A DNA stretch of 64,000 nucleotides from an uncultured Lachnospiraceae bacterium (lineage in GTDB: Bacteria; Bacillota; Clostridia; Lachnospirales; Lachnospiraceae): the NCBI GenBank assembly GCA_910588565.1, contig CAJUPF010000006.1, forward strand, positions 531-64,530. The letters run 5' to 3'. The notes beneath the pieces were generated by a model. That model saw only the letters and a program-made list of their open reading frames with translations. It was not told the origin of the DNA and searched no databases. Both the position numbers and the translations under genes were made by a program. Shown here piece after piece: positions 1 to 9,011 of this stretch. Each line of letters opens with the position of its first letter. Position 1 is the stretch's first letter.

Positions 1-92
1 GATATTTTGTTACAAGAACTATATGTACTCTTAAACTGTATTTACGTCTGTTATGACTGCTATATCTATTGTCCATAATCCACCTCAAAACA

Positions 93-120
93 TTGACTTT
101 CACTATTTTTAGTATATTAT
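93..120 (+). promoter_or_regulatory. Candidate sigma-A promoter upstream of tnpB
   Basis: TTGACT (93-98), 16-nt spacer, TATTAT (115-120). RBS GGAAAGGAG lies just before the 148 start. Confidence 0.35.
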
Positions 121-147
121 ATTTTTAGTGAAATATCAAGGAAAGGA

Positions 148-1296
148 GTGCATCTTATGGAACAAATGACTATAACTGCAAAAGTTCAAATAGCCGTATC
201 GGATACAGATAAAGTTTTGCTTAATGAAACTATGTCTGTTTATCGTGATGCCTGCAATTATGTTTCTGACTATGTATTCCGTACACACGACCTGAAACAG
301 TTTTCACTTAACAAGGTTTTGTACTCTGCTCTCCGGGAAATGTTTGGCCTTAAGTCTTAAATGACCCAGTCTGTATTTAAGACAGTTATTGCAAGATATA
401 AAACCATTCTTGAAAATCAGAATGAGTGGATTAAGCCAGCGTTTAAAAAGCCTCAGTATGATTTGGTTTGGAATAGGGATTATTCCTTAACCCAAAACTG
501 TTTTTCAGTGAATACTCTTGACGGCCGTGTGAAGCTGCCATATTTTACGGAAGGTATGTCCAAATATTTTGACCATACGGTATACAAGTTCGGCGCTGCT
601 AAACTTGTAAACAAACATGGCAAGTATTATCTTCACATACCAGTAACATATGATGTTGAAGAAAATAACATTTCAGACATCTGCAATGTTGTAGGTATTG
701 ACAGAGGCATTAACTTTGTTGTTGCAACCTATAACAGTAATCACAAGTCTGGATTTGTTAGTGGTAAATCTATTAAACAGAAACGGGCTAACTATTCCAA
801 ACTTCGTAAAGAACTCCAAATGTGTCAGACTCCATCTTCTCGAAGAAGAATAAAAACTATTGGTCAACGAGAAAACCGTTGGATACAGGATATTAACCAT
901 CAGGTATCGAAGGCACTCGTTGAGAATAATCCAAAGCATACTCTCTTTGTGTTAGAAGATTTGTCGGGCATTCGTAATGCTGCAGAATGTGTTAGTACGA
1001 AAGACCGCTATGTTTCTGTATCATGGTCGTTTTATGACCTTGAACAAAAACTTATCTACAAAGCCAAACAGAATCTGTCTTCTGTAATTAAGGTAAATCC
1101 TCGTTATATGAGCCAGTGCTGTCCTATATGTGGACATACTGAAAAAGCTAATCGTAATAAGAAGATACATCTGTTTGCTTGTAAGAACTGCGGCTACAAA
1201 TCTAATGATGACCGTATTGGGGCTATGAATCTGTATCGTATGGGAATCAACTATCTTGCTGATAGTCAAGTACCTAATACAGTTGTAGCAGAGTAA
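148..1296 (+). pseudogene. tnpB: TnpB (IS1341/IS605 OrfB-type RNA-guided endonuclease) interrupted by an in-frame TAA at 358-360
   Basis: ORFs 148-360 and 361-1296 are in the same frame. RuvC-like motifs VVGIDRGIN, FVLEDLSGI and SNDDRIGAMN are present, as is the zinc ribbon CPICG...CKNCG. Confidence 0.85.
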
Positions 1297-1450
1297 ACTC
1301 TGCTATAAAGGGCGCTGTCAATCACCCTATGATGTAACGCCACTTTAGGTAGCAATACTTATCGGGGATAAAGGTCGGAGGCGTAAGCCGTTAGCACGAC
1401 TGGGCAGTTACAAGCCCATTATCTTTAGGTGATGGGTAGTTGACAATATG
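1297..1450 (+). ncRNA. Putative omega-RNA (reRNA) scaffold / IS right end downstream of tnpB
   Basis: Dense local stems: TTATC-GGG-GATAA, GGC-GTAA-GCC (GNRA loop), GTCG...CGAC and GGGC...GCCC. A long-range pair ATCACC(C)TA (about 1321) with TAGGTGAT (about 1426) is also possible. Position matches known TnpB guide RNAs. The true 5' end probably lies inside the tnpB 3' end. Confidence 0.3.
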
Positions 1451-1550
1451 TAAACCTCGTGTTTGTTATTGGTGTATGATTGGTGGTAGCAGTTGCGTTT
1501 CATGGGGATTGGGGGTTTTATGCTAAGTTGTTTGTGTTCAAAGGGGGACG

Positions 1551-1645
1551 CCCAGAACAGGTCTCTCTGTGTCCACAGACTCGCTCTCGCTCTTAAGAAC
1601 CGACGTTTCTTAACGGTCTGTGGACAGAGAGAGACCTGCTCTGGG
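1551..1645. repeat. Long imperfect inverted repeat (30-nt arms, 2 mismatches, 35-nt spacer with its own inner stem TTAAGAA/TTCTTAA)
   Basis: Left arm 1551-1580 is CCCAGAACAGGTCTCTCTGTGTCCACAGAC. Right arm 1616-1645 is GTCTGTGGACAGAGAGAGACCTGCTCTGGG. Confidence 0.85.
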
Positions 1646-1768
1646 CTGGCTGTTGAATTATAGCTGACATTTATTATAGCTGGTACACAGACGCAGCTTG
1701 CGTAATTTCCCATATGTGTGAAATGTAACCATCAGTTACATAATATAGCACAAGCGGTGAATAAATGG

Positions 1769-1797
1769 TAGATAAAAAAGGAGGAATGTGGTAAGAT
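1769..1797 (+). promoter_or_regulatory. Candidate extended -10 promoter for the ter-like operon leader
   Basis: TAGATA (1769-1774), 17-nt spacer ending in TGG, then TAAGAT (1792-1797). Confidence 0.25.
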
Positions 1798-1803
1798 TTG
1801 TTA

Positions 1804-2041
1804 AAGTTCAGTCTGCAACTGCGCACTTGTTGTGCAGTTCGCAGCCGATACAGCAGAATTGCCAGGAATCCGGCTCCTTTGTCGCGGGCAAACTTTAAAT
1901 GAGCCGGATTCTGTAACAGTGAAGCCGGAAGGCTGAACTGTTACTAAGATTTTATTTAGATTCGCCTGCAGTTGTTTGCTGTGCGGTGAACGGGTGGTAC
2001 AGGTTTTTTGGTTAAGATGAAGTCAAAGGGGTTTTGGTGCA
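1804..2041 (+). promoter_or_regulatory. Structured 5' leader (candidate riboregulator/attenuator) upstream of the protease-YceG-TelA-TerD operon
   Basis: Hairpin A spans 1813-1844. Hairpin B spans 1866-1911 (11-bp perfect stem GAATCCGGCTC/GAGCCGGATTC). Hairpin C spans 1913-1944 (8-bp stem, tandem GA/GA internal loop, AGCC-GGAA-GGCT cap) and is followed by a U-rich stretch. AGTTCAG (1805-1811) could alternatively pair with CTGAACT (1933-1939). Confidence 0.3.
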
Positions 2042-3706
2042 ATGGAACAGGTGATGCGTTTCAGACATAATGTAATGCATGTGAATTCACTCTCTGCGTT
2101 TGAATGTATTAAAGGAGGGGTGAATCAGAATTGTAAGGATGTATATTTTGTCAGGCTGGTGGGCATGAATGATACATTGGTTTCTGATTTGGAAAAAATG
2201 GATTATGATATGACAGTGCGTATGCAGAGCGGGCGGGGGATATACCAGCGCGTACAAAAGCTGCCGGTGCCGGGAAATCCGCAGGAGGCGGCGGAGTATG
2301 AGAAATGTTATCAGGAATGGCTTGAGCAGGGGAAGAAGAAGGCTCTGGCAAAAGTTTTACGGGATCAGGAGGAATATAGCAGCCTGCTTGGAACGGGTAT
2401 CCGTAAAGTAACGGAGTTGTATGCTGCAAACAGGGCGGTCAGTGCGTCTATGGAGAAGAATTTTGTGGTAAAATTGTTGTTCTGGCATGATTTTTTATTG
2501 CAGGATGTGCTGTCTTTGTGGAGCGGGAATCTGTCGGTTAAGCTTGTCCTGGCAAATATCAGCAGGCAGCAGGAGTATTTGTTTGCGTATTTTCTGACAT
2601 TGCTGGGGTATGATGTCTTGTTGGTGCAGAGTGAGCAGGATATTGCAGAGAAGGAAGAGTCGTTAGGACTTTCGCAGAAGATTCAGATTGGGGATTTTAG
2701 AAAAACTGCACTGCCGGAATATCACAGGGAGAAAATTCTGGCGGCTGTCAATGCAAATGTGTCTGCAGTCCGATCCGATAAGAGTGCAGCGTCATCCGTG
2801 TCCCATCCGGTATCGATTGTACATCCGGGACGAAGCCGGGGAGTATCCACGGGTTCAGTACCGTCCGGCCAAAGTGCGGTGGCGACCGGGGGAGCTGCGC
2901 CGCCAGTGGGTTCGGGTCAAAGGCGGGAGGCGTCCCGTCCGGTGTCGATCGTGCATCCGGGACGAAGCCTGAGAGCATCCGCAGGTTCAGTACCATCAGG
3001 CCAAAGTGCGGCGGCGACCAGGGGTTCTGTGCCGCCAGTGGGTTCGGGTCAAAGGCGGGAGGCGTCCCGTCCGGTGTCAATTGCCCATCCGTCCAGAAGC
3101 GCTGCGCCGCATACTTCGGCGGGAAATGCAGCGGCAGAGAAGAGCTTTGAACAGCTGGCACAGCTGGCGTCTTCTGTGGTGATGATTGCGATTCATGATA
3201 AAAAGGGGGATATTATCGGGACGGGCTCCGGGATTATGATTGGGGCAGGCGGGTACATACTGACAAATAACCATGTGGCAAGCGGCGGAAGGTTTTACTC
3301 AATCCGGATTGAAGATGACGATACGGTATATTCTACGGATGAAGTGATCAAGTACCATTCTGTTCTGGATCTTGCTGTTTTGCGGGTTGACCGCAGGCTG
3401 AACCCGCTTCCGGTTTACAGAGGAAAGAATCCTCTGGCCAGAGGGCAGAAGGTAGTGGCGATTGGGAGCCCGCTGGGGTTATTTAATTCGGTGTCCGATG
3501 GTATTATCTCCGGTTTCCGCAAAATAGACGGGGTGGATATGATTCAGTTTACCGCGCCGATTTCCCATGGCAGTTCCGGAGGCGCGGTGCTGAATATGTA
3601 TGGGGAGGTAATCGGGATCAGCACAGCTGGTATCGATGCCGGGCAGAATATCAATCTTGCCATGGGATATGAGTGCATCAATCAATTTATAGCGGGCTTT
3701 GTATAG
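2042..3706 (+). CDS. Fusion protein: YceG-like N-terminal module, a 44-aa tandem-repeat linker and a C-terminal trypsin-like (S1C/HtrA-type, no PDZ seen) serine protease
   Basis: Protease triad contexts are ILTNNHV (His), LDLAVLRV (Asp) and HGSSGGAV (Ser). The N-terminal ~220 aa parallels the N-terminus of the next ORF. The start is uncertain (alternative ATG a few codons in). Confidence 0.75.
   Translation: MEQVMRFRHNVMHVNSLSAFECIKGGVNQNCKDVYFVRLVGMNDTLVSDLEKMDYDMTVRMQSGRGIYQRVQKLPVPGNPQEAAEYEKCYQEWLEQGKKKALAKVLRDQEEYSSLLGTGIRKVTELYAANRAVSASMEKNFVVKLLFWHDFLLQDVLSLWSGNLSVKLVLANISRQQEYLFAYFLTLLGYDVLLVQSEQDIAEKEESLGLSQKIQIGDFRKTALPEYHREKILAAVNANVSAVRSDKSAASSVSHPVSIVHPGRSRGVSTGSVPSGQSAVATGGAAPPVGSGQRREASRPVSIVHPGRSLRASAGSVPSGQSAAATRGSVPPVGSGQRREASRPVSIAHPSRSAAPHTSAGNAAAEKSFEQLAQLASSVVMIAIHDKKGDIIGTGSGIMIGAGGYILTNNHVASGGRFYSIRIEDDDTVYSTDEVIKYHSVLDLAVLRVDRRLNPLPVYRGKNPLARGQKVVAIGSPLGLFNSVSDGIISGFRKIDGVDMIQFTAPISHGSSGGAVLNMYGEVIGISTAGIDAGQNINLAMGYECINQFIAGFV
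2797..3100 (+). repeat. In-frame 132-bp tandem repeat, about 2.3 copies (44-aa unit PVSIVHPGRS...GSGQRREASR)
   Basis: The landmark CCGGTnTC... recurs at 2807, 2939 and 3071, an exact 132-nt period. The block is GC-rich. Confidence 0.9.
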
Positions 3707-3717
3707 GTGAAGAATCC

Positions 3718-6039
3718 ATGTTTGAGCATAAAAAAATACAGCGACTGGAAGATTATTTTCTTCCTCTGGCCAGCCGGAGGGAAAAAGGCGTCTATTTTTA
3801 CAGAATCAATCAGTATAGTGAAGAGACCGGTCAATTTTTAAGAAAATATTATGAAACAGCGAGGCGTTTTGGTGTTATTATAGAGGGAAGAATTCCCAAT
3901 CCGGATGAGAAGAACCTTTCTTATTATGAAGAAGTGATGGGACTGAATTTCCAGCTGAGTATGGGGTTTTTGACTGCGAGCCTGAAAAAATGGCTTCCGC
4001 GGATGAAAGACTGCCAGAGGAACAACGTTGCCGGAGCAATCTACGATTCTCTGGATATACTTCGCCGATCCGGGAAAAATGAAAATATGCAAAAGAATGC
4101 ATATATTAAATTTATGTGCTGGCTGTATTATAAATTTGAGCGGGTGGTAAATCATCTGGGCGAGGAAACAGTGCCGAAACTGTTGTATGAAGGGGAAATC
4201 AGCAAGTATGAACTGATGCTGCTCTCCATTTTATCCCATGCCGGATGTGATATTATTCTGCTGCAGTACAAAGGAGACGGCGCTTATCTGAAATCAGATC
4301 CGCAGTCCCGGTATTCCGAGGTATTTCAGGTTCCGGGCGGCACGTCGTTTCCAGATTACTTTAATCTGAAATGGCTTCGGAATGAGATGTTGTCGCAGGC
4401 CAATACAGAACGGTTATATGGAACCAGACCCCGGCGGCAAAATTGTACCAATGCATGGATAGAAGGGAACGGTTTTGAAGATATTAAAAAAGAGCCAAAA
4501 GACAGAGGCAGCGATCCGAATCTGTTTTATAACTGTCTGATCCGGATCAACGGAGCAGAGGATAAACTGATTTATGAGAATGAACTGTATCAGTTTCAGC
4601 TGGCCATAAAAAAGGCCGGGCGGAAGCTTATGATTGTGGATGAAGGCCTTACGCCCCCTTCGCCGGAAGAGATTGGCAAAATAAAACGGAAAAATATCAG
4701 CCTGGCAGGCCGTCCGCCGGGTACATCTCAAGGTGCATCCGGCGGATATGCATCACAGGATCAGATGATTTTGGATCTTGCCGGCAATATCCGCGCTTCT
4801 AATCGGGAACTGCAGCTGCTGATGCACAAGGCGTTTGTGGATATTCTTCTGGAAGCGGGAAAGACTCCTGGAATCAGCGTCAGCAAACTGACGAATAAAG
4901 CGGTCTATCTGCTTTGCTGGCTGAACCGCTGCCAGCCAGAGCTGTTTTCCGGCTGGAACGAAGGGGATATCAGCTGTTTTATTCTTTTAGGAGGCTGTCG
5001 GAATGAGAATGAAGCATTGTTTTTGAAATTTCTGTCTCATCTGCCAACAGATGTATTGGTATTAAAACCCGATTTGGGCGGCAGCTGTGTTCTGCAGGAT
5101 AATATGCTGTATGAAATCAACTATCCGGATTCCATAGCGGTGAACACATATCCCACAGAAGACGGCGGCCGGCAGGTTGCCACGGCGGCATACCATGCGG
5201 AGCGGGAGCTGGATTCGATTTTGTACCAGGACTCCGGTATGTACCGCAACCGGCAGTATGGCAGGGCGAATACCGTTACCCTGCAGACCACTTATGAAGA
5301 AATTGGAATTTTATGGGATCAGGAATTGAAGTATCGTCCAAGTTTTAGTACAATAGAGGGGGCTGTGTCCGTTCCGGTTTTGTGCGCCAAGGTTTCCGGT
5401 GTAAAAGATGGACAGGTACAGCCGTACTGGTCAGGAATTAAGGAGCTGATTACCCAGGATACACTGGTAATCCGGGGCGTTCCGTTTCTTCAGGCGACAG
5501 ACGCCAATCCGATGAAAGCCTGCGCGGCAGAATTTTTCAAAAATGGAAAACTGCTGAGGGCAAAGATCAAAGCGCATAAGAATTATCCTTATGGCTACCT
5601 GCGGGATGAGATGCAGGAGCATATTCTGGACAAACTGCAGCTTTTGATCCAGCAGAAAACGATTCTGGGTACCTTTGAAACTGGGACAGAATACGCGATT
5701 ATCGCAGTGGTATTGAACCTGCGGCAGGAAATTGTCAGGATGATTCAGAAGTTTGATTTTACAAAGAAGAATCCCAAGCTGATTTATCTGATTACGGCGG
5801 AAGCGATGCTTTCTTTGGAGGACTCGATTCTGGCGGCTTTTTTGAATCTGATCGGATTTGATATTCTGTTTTTTGTACCGACCGGATATCAGAGCGTTGA
5901 GAAATATTTTAACAGGAAAATTATGGAAGAACATCAGATCGGAGAATATCTCTATGATTTACAGGTTCCCGATTTTTCAAGAATTTCTTCCGGCACACGT
6001 CCTTCGTGGCGTGATAAACTATTTAGGAGAGGTAAATAA
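3718..6039 (+). CDS. YceG-like protein of the Ter-associated module, with three internal copies of one helical/beta module
   Basis: Start set at ATG 3718 (MFEHKK) after AGGTGAAG. Repeated pattern h-W-h...K(L/I)hh.G....E.hhL.hL...G.DhhhhhP/Q near aa 140-200, 400-470 and 660-740. Sits with TelA and TerD genes, as in B. subtilis yceC-H. Confidence 0.6.
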   Translation: MFEHKKIQRLEDYFLPLASRREKGVYFYRINQYSEETGQFLRKYYETARRFGVIIEGRIPNPDEKNLSYYEEVMGLNFQLSMGFLTASLKKWLPRMKDCQRNNVAGAIYDSLDILRRSGKNENMQKNAYIKFMCWLYYKFERVVNHLGEETVPKLLYEGEISKYELMLLSILSHAGCDIILLQYKGDGAYLKSDPQSRYSEVFQVPGGTSFPDYFNLKWLRNEMLSQANTERLYGTRPRRQNCTNAWIEGNGFEDIKKEPKDRGSDPNLFYNCLIRINGAEDKLIYENELYQFQLAIKKAGRKLMIVDEGLTPPSPEEIGKIKRKNISLAGRPPGTSQGASGGYASQDQMILDLAGNIRASNRELQLLMHKAFVDILLEAGKTPGISVSKLTNKAVYLLCWLNRCQPELFSGWNEGDISCFILLGGCRNENEALFLKFLSHLPTDVLVLKPDLGGSCVLQDNMLYEINYPDSIAVNTYPTEDGGRQVATAAYHAERELDSILYQDSGMYRNRQYGRANTVTLQTTYEEIGILWDQELKYRPSFSTIEGAVSVPVLCAKVSGVKDGQVQPYWSGIKELITQDTLVIRGVPFLQATDANPMKACAAEFFKNGKLLRAKIKAHKNYPYGYLRDEMQEHILDKLQLLIQQKTILGTFETGTEYAIIAVVLNLRQEIVRMIQKFDFTKKNPKLIYLITAEAMLSLEDSILAAFLNLIGFDILFFVPTGYQSVEKYFNRKIMEEHQIGEYLYDLQVPDFSRISSGTRPSWRDKLFRRGK

Positions 6040-6040
6040 T

Positions 6041-7183
6041 ATGGGTCTTGATTTTAGCAAAACAGCGACAATGCAGCAGACGGCGGCTCCGGCGGCGAAG
6101 AATGAGATTGAGGTTGTGCAAAGCTATGATATTGCAGAAGACAGACAGCAGATGAATGCCGCGCTTGTCAACTCCCCGGAAGTGGACGCCTTAGTCAGTA
6201 CCATTGAAATTGACAATTTAGAGACAATCGTATCGTTTGGCGCAGAGGCTGCAGAAGAGATCTCCAAAGCGTCCGATGTTGTCTTAAACAGTATGAATAT
6301 GTCCCAGATCGACGATTCCAGCGAGATGTTAAATACACTTGGTAAAATTATGTCCAAGTTCGACATTGAAGAGATTCAGGAGAATCCGGGATTATTCAGC
6401 AAATTATTTGGCAATATGAGAAAACAGCTGGATAAAATCCTTGCCAAATATCATACAATGGGGGAAGAGGTGGATAAAATCTATGTCCAGCTCAAACAAT
6501 ATGAATCAGAGATCAAACAGTCCAACCGCAAACTCGATCAGATGTTCCAGGCAAATGTCAATTATTACCACGAACTGGTAAAATACATACTTGCCGGGGA
6601 GCAGGGGTGCAAAGAGATTGAGGAATATATTGCGAAACGGCAGGCGGATATGGAATCTACGGGTGATATGTCCATTCAGTTTGAGTTGCAGAGCTTAAAC
6701 CAGGCGCTGCAGATGCTGGAACAGCGGACGCAGGATCTGCGGACTGCAGAGAGTGTGGCGATGCAGTCCGTTCCGATGATTAAGACGATGGAATTTTCCA
6801 ATATGAACCTTGTTCGGAAGATTAATTCCGCATTTATCGTAACACTTCCGGTATTCAAACAGGCTCTTGCCCAGGCGATTATGCTTAAGCGCCAGCGGAT
6901 TCAGGCGGAGGCAATGTCTGCTCTTGATGAAAAGACGAATGAGATGCTGATCAAAAATGCAAGGAATACGGTGGAACAGTCCAAGATGACAGCCCGTATG
7001 GCGTCCGGCAGCTCGATTAAGATAGAAACGTTAGAAACAACCTGGCGAACCATTGTAGACGGTATCAGCGAGACAAAGCAGATCCAGGAAGACGCAAGAA
7101 GAAAGCGGGTGGAGGATCAGGCAAGGCTTGAGAATATCAAAGCAGAGTTTAACAGGATGTATCATATGCCAAACAAAAAATAA
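6041..7183 (+). CDS. telA: TelA/KlaA-family toxic anion resistance protein
   Basis: Start ATG 6041 after AGGAGAGG; the upstream ORF-track extension overlaps the previous gene. A long coiled-coil protein with TelA-like N-terminus ...[31 protein letters not shown], sitting next to terD genes. Confidence 0.8.
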   Translation: MGLDFSKTATMQQTAAPAAKNEIEVVQSYDIAEDRQQMNAALVNSPEVDALVSTIEIDNLETIVSFGAEAAEEISKASDVVLNSMNMSQIDDSSEMLNTLGKIMSKFDIEEIQENPGLFSKLFGNMRKQLDKILAKYHTMGEEVDKIYVQLKQYESEIKQSNRKLDQMFQANVNYYHELVKYILAGEQGCKEIEEYIAKRQADMESTGDMSIQFELQSLNQALQMLEQRTQDLRTAESVAMQSVPMIKTMEFSNMNLVRKINSAFIVTLPVFKQALAQAIMLKRQRIQAEAMSALDEKTNEMLIKNARNTVEQSKMTARMASGSSIKIETLETTWRTIVDGISETKQIQEDARRKRVEDQARLENIKAEFNRMYHMPNKK

Positions 7184-7200
7184 GTGAGGGAGGTTCTTTT

Positions 7201-7782
7201 ATGCCGATTAATTTATCAAAAGGACAAAAGGTGGACTTGACAAAAGGAAATCCGGGCTTAAAAAATATAATGGTAGGCCTTGGATGGGATGTAAACGCAT
7301 TTGACTCCGGCGCTGATTTCGACCTGGACGCGGCTGCGTTTATGCTGGGTGACAATGGAAAATGCCCGACGGAAAAAGAATTTATTTTTTATGGAAACTT
7401 AGGGCATGCCAGCGAATCTGTACAGCATATGGGAGATAACCTGACCGGGGAAGGCGAAGGGGACGATGAAGAGATTCATGTAGATCTTTCCAAGATCCCG
7501 GCGAATATTTCCAAAGTGGCATTTACGGTTACGATCTATGATGCGGATGTGCGCAGGCAGAATTTTGGCCAGGTATCCAATGCCTATATCAGAATTGTGG
7601 ATCAGACGACCGGGCAGGAGATTATCCGGTACGATCTGGGTGAAGATTTTTCGATTGAGACAGCGATTGTAGTAGGCGAGTTATACCGATACAATGGAGA
7701 ATGGAAATTCAATGCCATTGGAAGCGGCTTCCAGGGCGGCCTGGCAGCGCTGTGCGGGCATTATGGAATAGAAGTGGCTTAA
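7201..7782 (+). CDS. terD: TerD-domain stress protein, paralog 1
   Basis: [15 protein letters not shown]..., [13 protein letters not shown], Ca-binding-type [26 protein letters not shown]. Confidence 0.92.
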   Translation: MPINLSKGQKVDLTKGNPGLKNIMVGLGWDVNAFDSGADFDLDAAAFMLGDNGKCPTEKEFIFYGNLGHASESVQHMGDNLTGEGEGDDEEIHVDLSKIPANISKVAFTVTIYDADVRRQNFGQVSNAYIRIVDQTTGQEIIRYDLGEDFSIETAIVVGELYRYNGEWKFNAIGSGFQGGLAALCGHYGIEVA

Positions 7783-7805
7783 CAGGACAAGAAAGGAGAG
7801 GCGCT

Positions 7806-8387
7806 ATGCCAGTTAGTTTGCAGAAGGGGCAGAAGGTTAATCTTACGAAAGGAAATCCGGGGCTTAGCAAGGTAGTTGTAGGCCTGGGATGGGACGTCAA
7901 TGCCTTTGATACAGGCGGAGATTTTGATTTGGATGCGGCGGCATTTTTGCTGACGGACGATGGGAGAGTAACAGGCTCGCAGGATTTTGTGTTTTATGGG
8001 AACCTGAAACATCCTTCCGGCAGTGTGGAGCATATAGGAGATAACCTGACAGGAGCCGGAGAAGGGGATGACGAGCAAATCCGAATCGATTTGTCTTTGG
8101 TTCCTGCGAATATTACCAAAATTGCGTTTACCGTTACCATTTATGAAGCAGAGGCAAGGCGGCAGAATTTTGGCCAGGTAAACAATGCGTTTATCCGGAT
8201 TTATAATGAACAGACAGGAGAAGAACTGCTGCGCTATGATCTGGGCGAGGATTTTTCGATTGAGACAGCAGCTGTATTTGGAGAATTATACAAAAACGGC
8301 GGCGAATGGAAATTCAATGCGATCGGCAGCGGTTATCAGGGCGGCCTGGCAGCGCTGTGCGGAAATTTTGGCGTGGATGTAGAATAA
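7806..8387 (+). CDS. terD: TerD-domain stress protein, paralog 2
   Basis: Start ATG 7806 ([15 protein letters not shown]) after AAAGGAGAGG. Same motif set as paralog 1. Confidence 0.92.
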   Translation: MPVSLQKGQKVNLTKGNPGLSKVVVGLGWDVNAFDTGGDFDLDAAAFLLTDDGRVTGSQDFVFYGNLKHPSGSVEHIGDNLTGAGEGDDEQIRIDLSLVPANITKIAFTVTIYEAEARRQNFGQVNNAFIRIYNEQTGEELLRYDLGEDFSIETAAVFGELYKNGGEWKFNAIGSGYQGGLAALCGNFGVDVE

Positions 8388-8423
8388 AAGCAGCCAGAGC
8401 AGAACAGGAAGGGGACAAAACAG

Positions 8424-9011
8424 ATGTCAGTTAGTTTGCAAAAAGGACAGAAAGTCAATCTGTCGAAAGAAAATGCAGGATTGTCGAATGTAATTATTGG
8501 TTTGGGCTGGGATGAGGCAACGCGGAAAACAGGATTTTTTGCACCCAAGCCGCAGCCGATTGACTGCGACGCTTCCGCATTGTTATTAAAAAATGGAAAG
8601 CTTACAAATATCGGAGATCTGGTATATTACGGCAACCTGCAGCATCAATCCGGCACCGTGCGCCATATGGGAGATAATCTCACCGGAGCGGGCGACGGGG
8701 ACGACGAGCAGATTCTGGTGGATCTGGCAAGAGTTCCGGCAGAATATGACAGAATTGTGATTGTGGTAAATATTTATGAAGCGTTAAAGCGCAATCAGCA
8801 CTTTGGACTGATTGAAAATGCATATATCCGGTTAGTAGATGGAAGGAATAACAATGAGATGTGCAAATTTAATCTTACAGAAAACTATTCCGGCATGACA
8901 GCCATGATCTTTGGGGAAGTTTACCGGCACAACGGCGAATGGAAATTCAATGCGATTGGCCAGGGAACACAAGATCCGGGTCTGAATGAGCTGAAAAACC
9001 GATATATCTAA
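8424..9011 (+). CDS. terD: TerD-domain stress protein, paralog 3 (more divergent, with an insertion after GLGWD)
   Basis: [41 protein letters not shown]. Confidence 0.9.
   Translation: MSVSLQKGQKVNLSKENAGLSNVIIGLGWDEATRKTGFFAPKPQPIDCDASALLLKNGKLTNIGDLVYYGNLQHQSGTVRHMGDNLTGAGDGDDEQILVDLARVPAEYDRIVIVVNIYEALKRNQHFGLIENAYIRLVDGRNNNEMCKFNLTENYSGMTAMIFGEVYRHNGEWKFNAIGQGTQDPGLNELKNRYI

Larger units (their letters stand above)
1..1450 (+). mobile_element. Partial or non-autonomous IS200/IS605-family element (tnpB only; no Y1 tnpA in the window; ends not defined)
   Basis: A TnpB ORF followed by a structured non-coding tail. The left boundary may lie upstream of the window. I could not recognise subterminal LE/RE hairpins with certainty. 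Confidence 0.5.

Noticed and set aside
1408-1713. 101-aa minus-strand ORF in the tnpB-to-ter intergenic region
   Set aside because: It runs straight through the 95-nt palindrome and the structured IS tail. It has no RBS I can see and a low-complexity translation. Most likely a by-product of non-coding structure.
1866-1911. Assignment of the leader to the c-di-GMP-I (GEMM-I) riboswitch class, based on GGGCAAAC in a hairpin loop
   Set aside because: I could not find the second conserved half (ACGCAAAGCC-type segment) or the tetraloop-receptor layout. The region is kept only as an unclassified structured leader.
2748-3161. 137-aa minus-strand ORF, plus the 94-aa +2-frame ORF (2688-2972), inside the protease gene
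   Set aside because: They lie entirely within the GC-rich 132-bp tandem repeat, where stop codons are rare in all frames. They are repeat-derived artefacts.
5858-6040. N-terminal extensions in the ORF track: 5858 for telA, 7701 for terD2, 3673, 23122, 25192, 26567, 28037, 44896, 48270 and 57537
   Set aside because: Each extension overlaps the preceding gene or terminator and lacks an RBS. An internal ATG with a good Shine-Dalgarno sequence gives the family-typical N-terminus (for example [28 protein letters not shown]).
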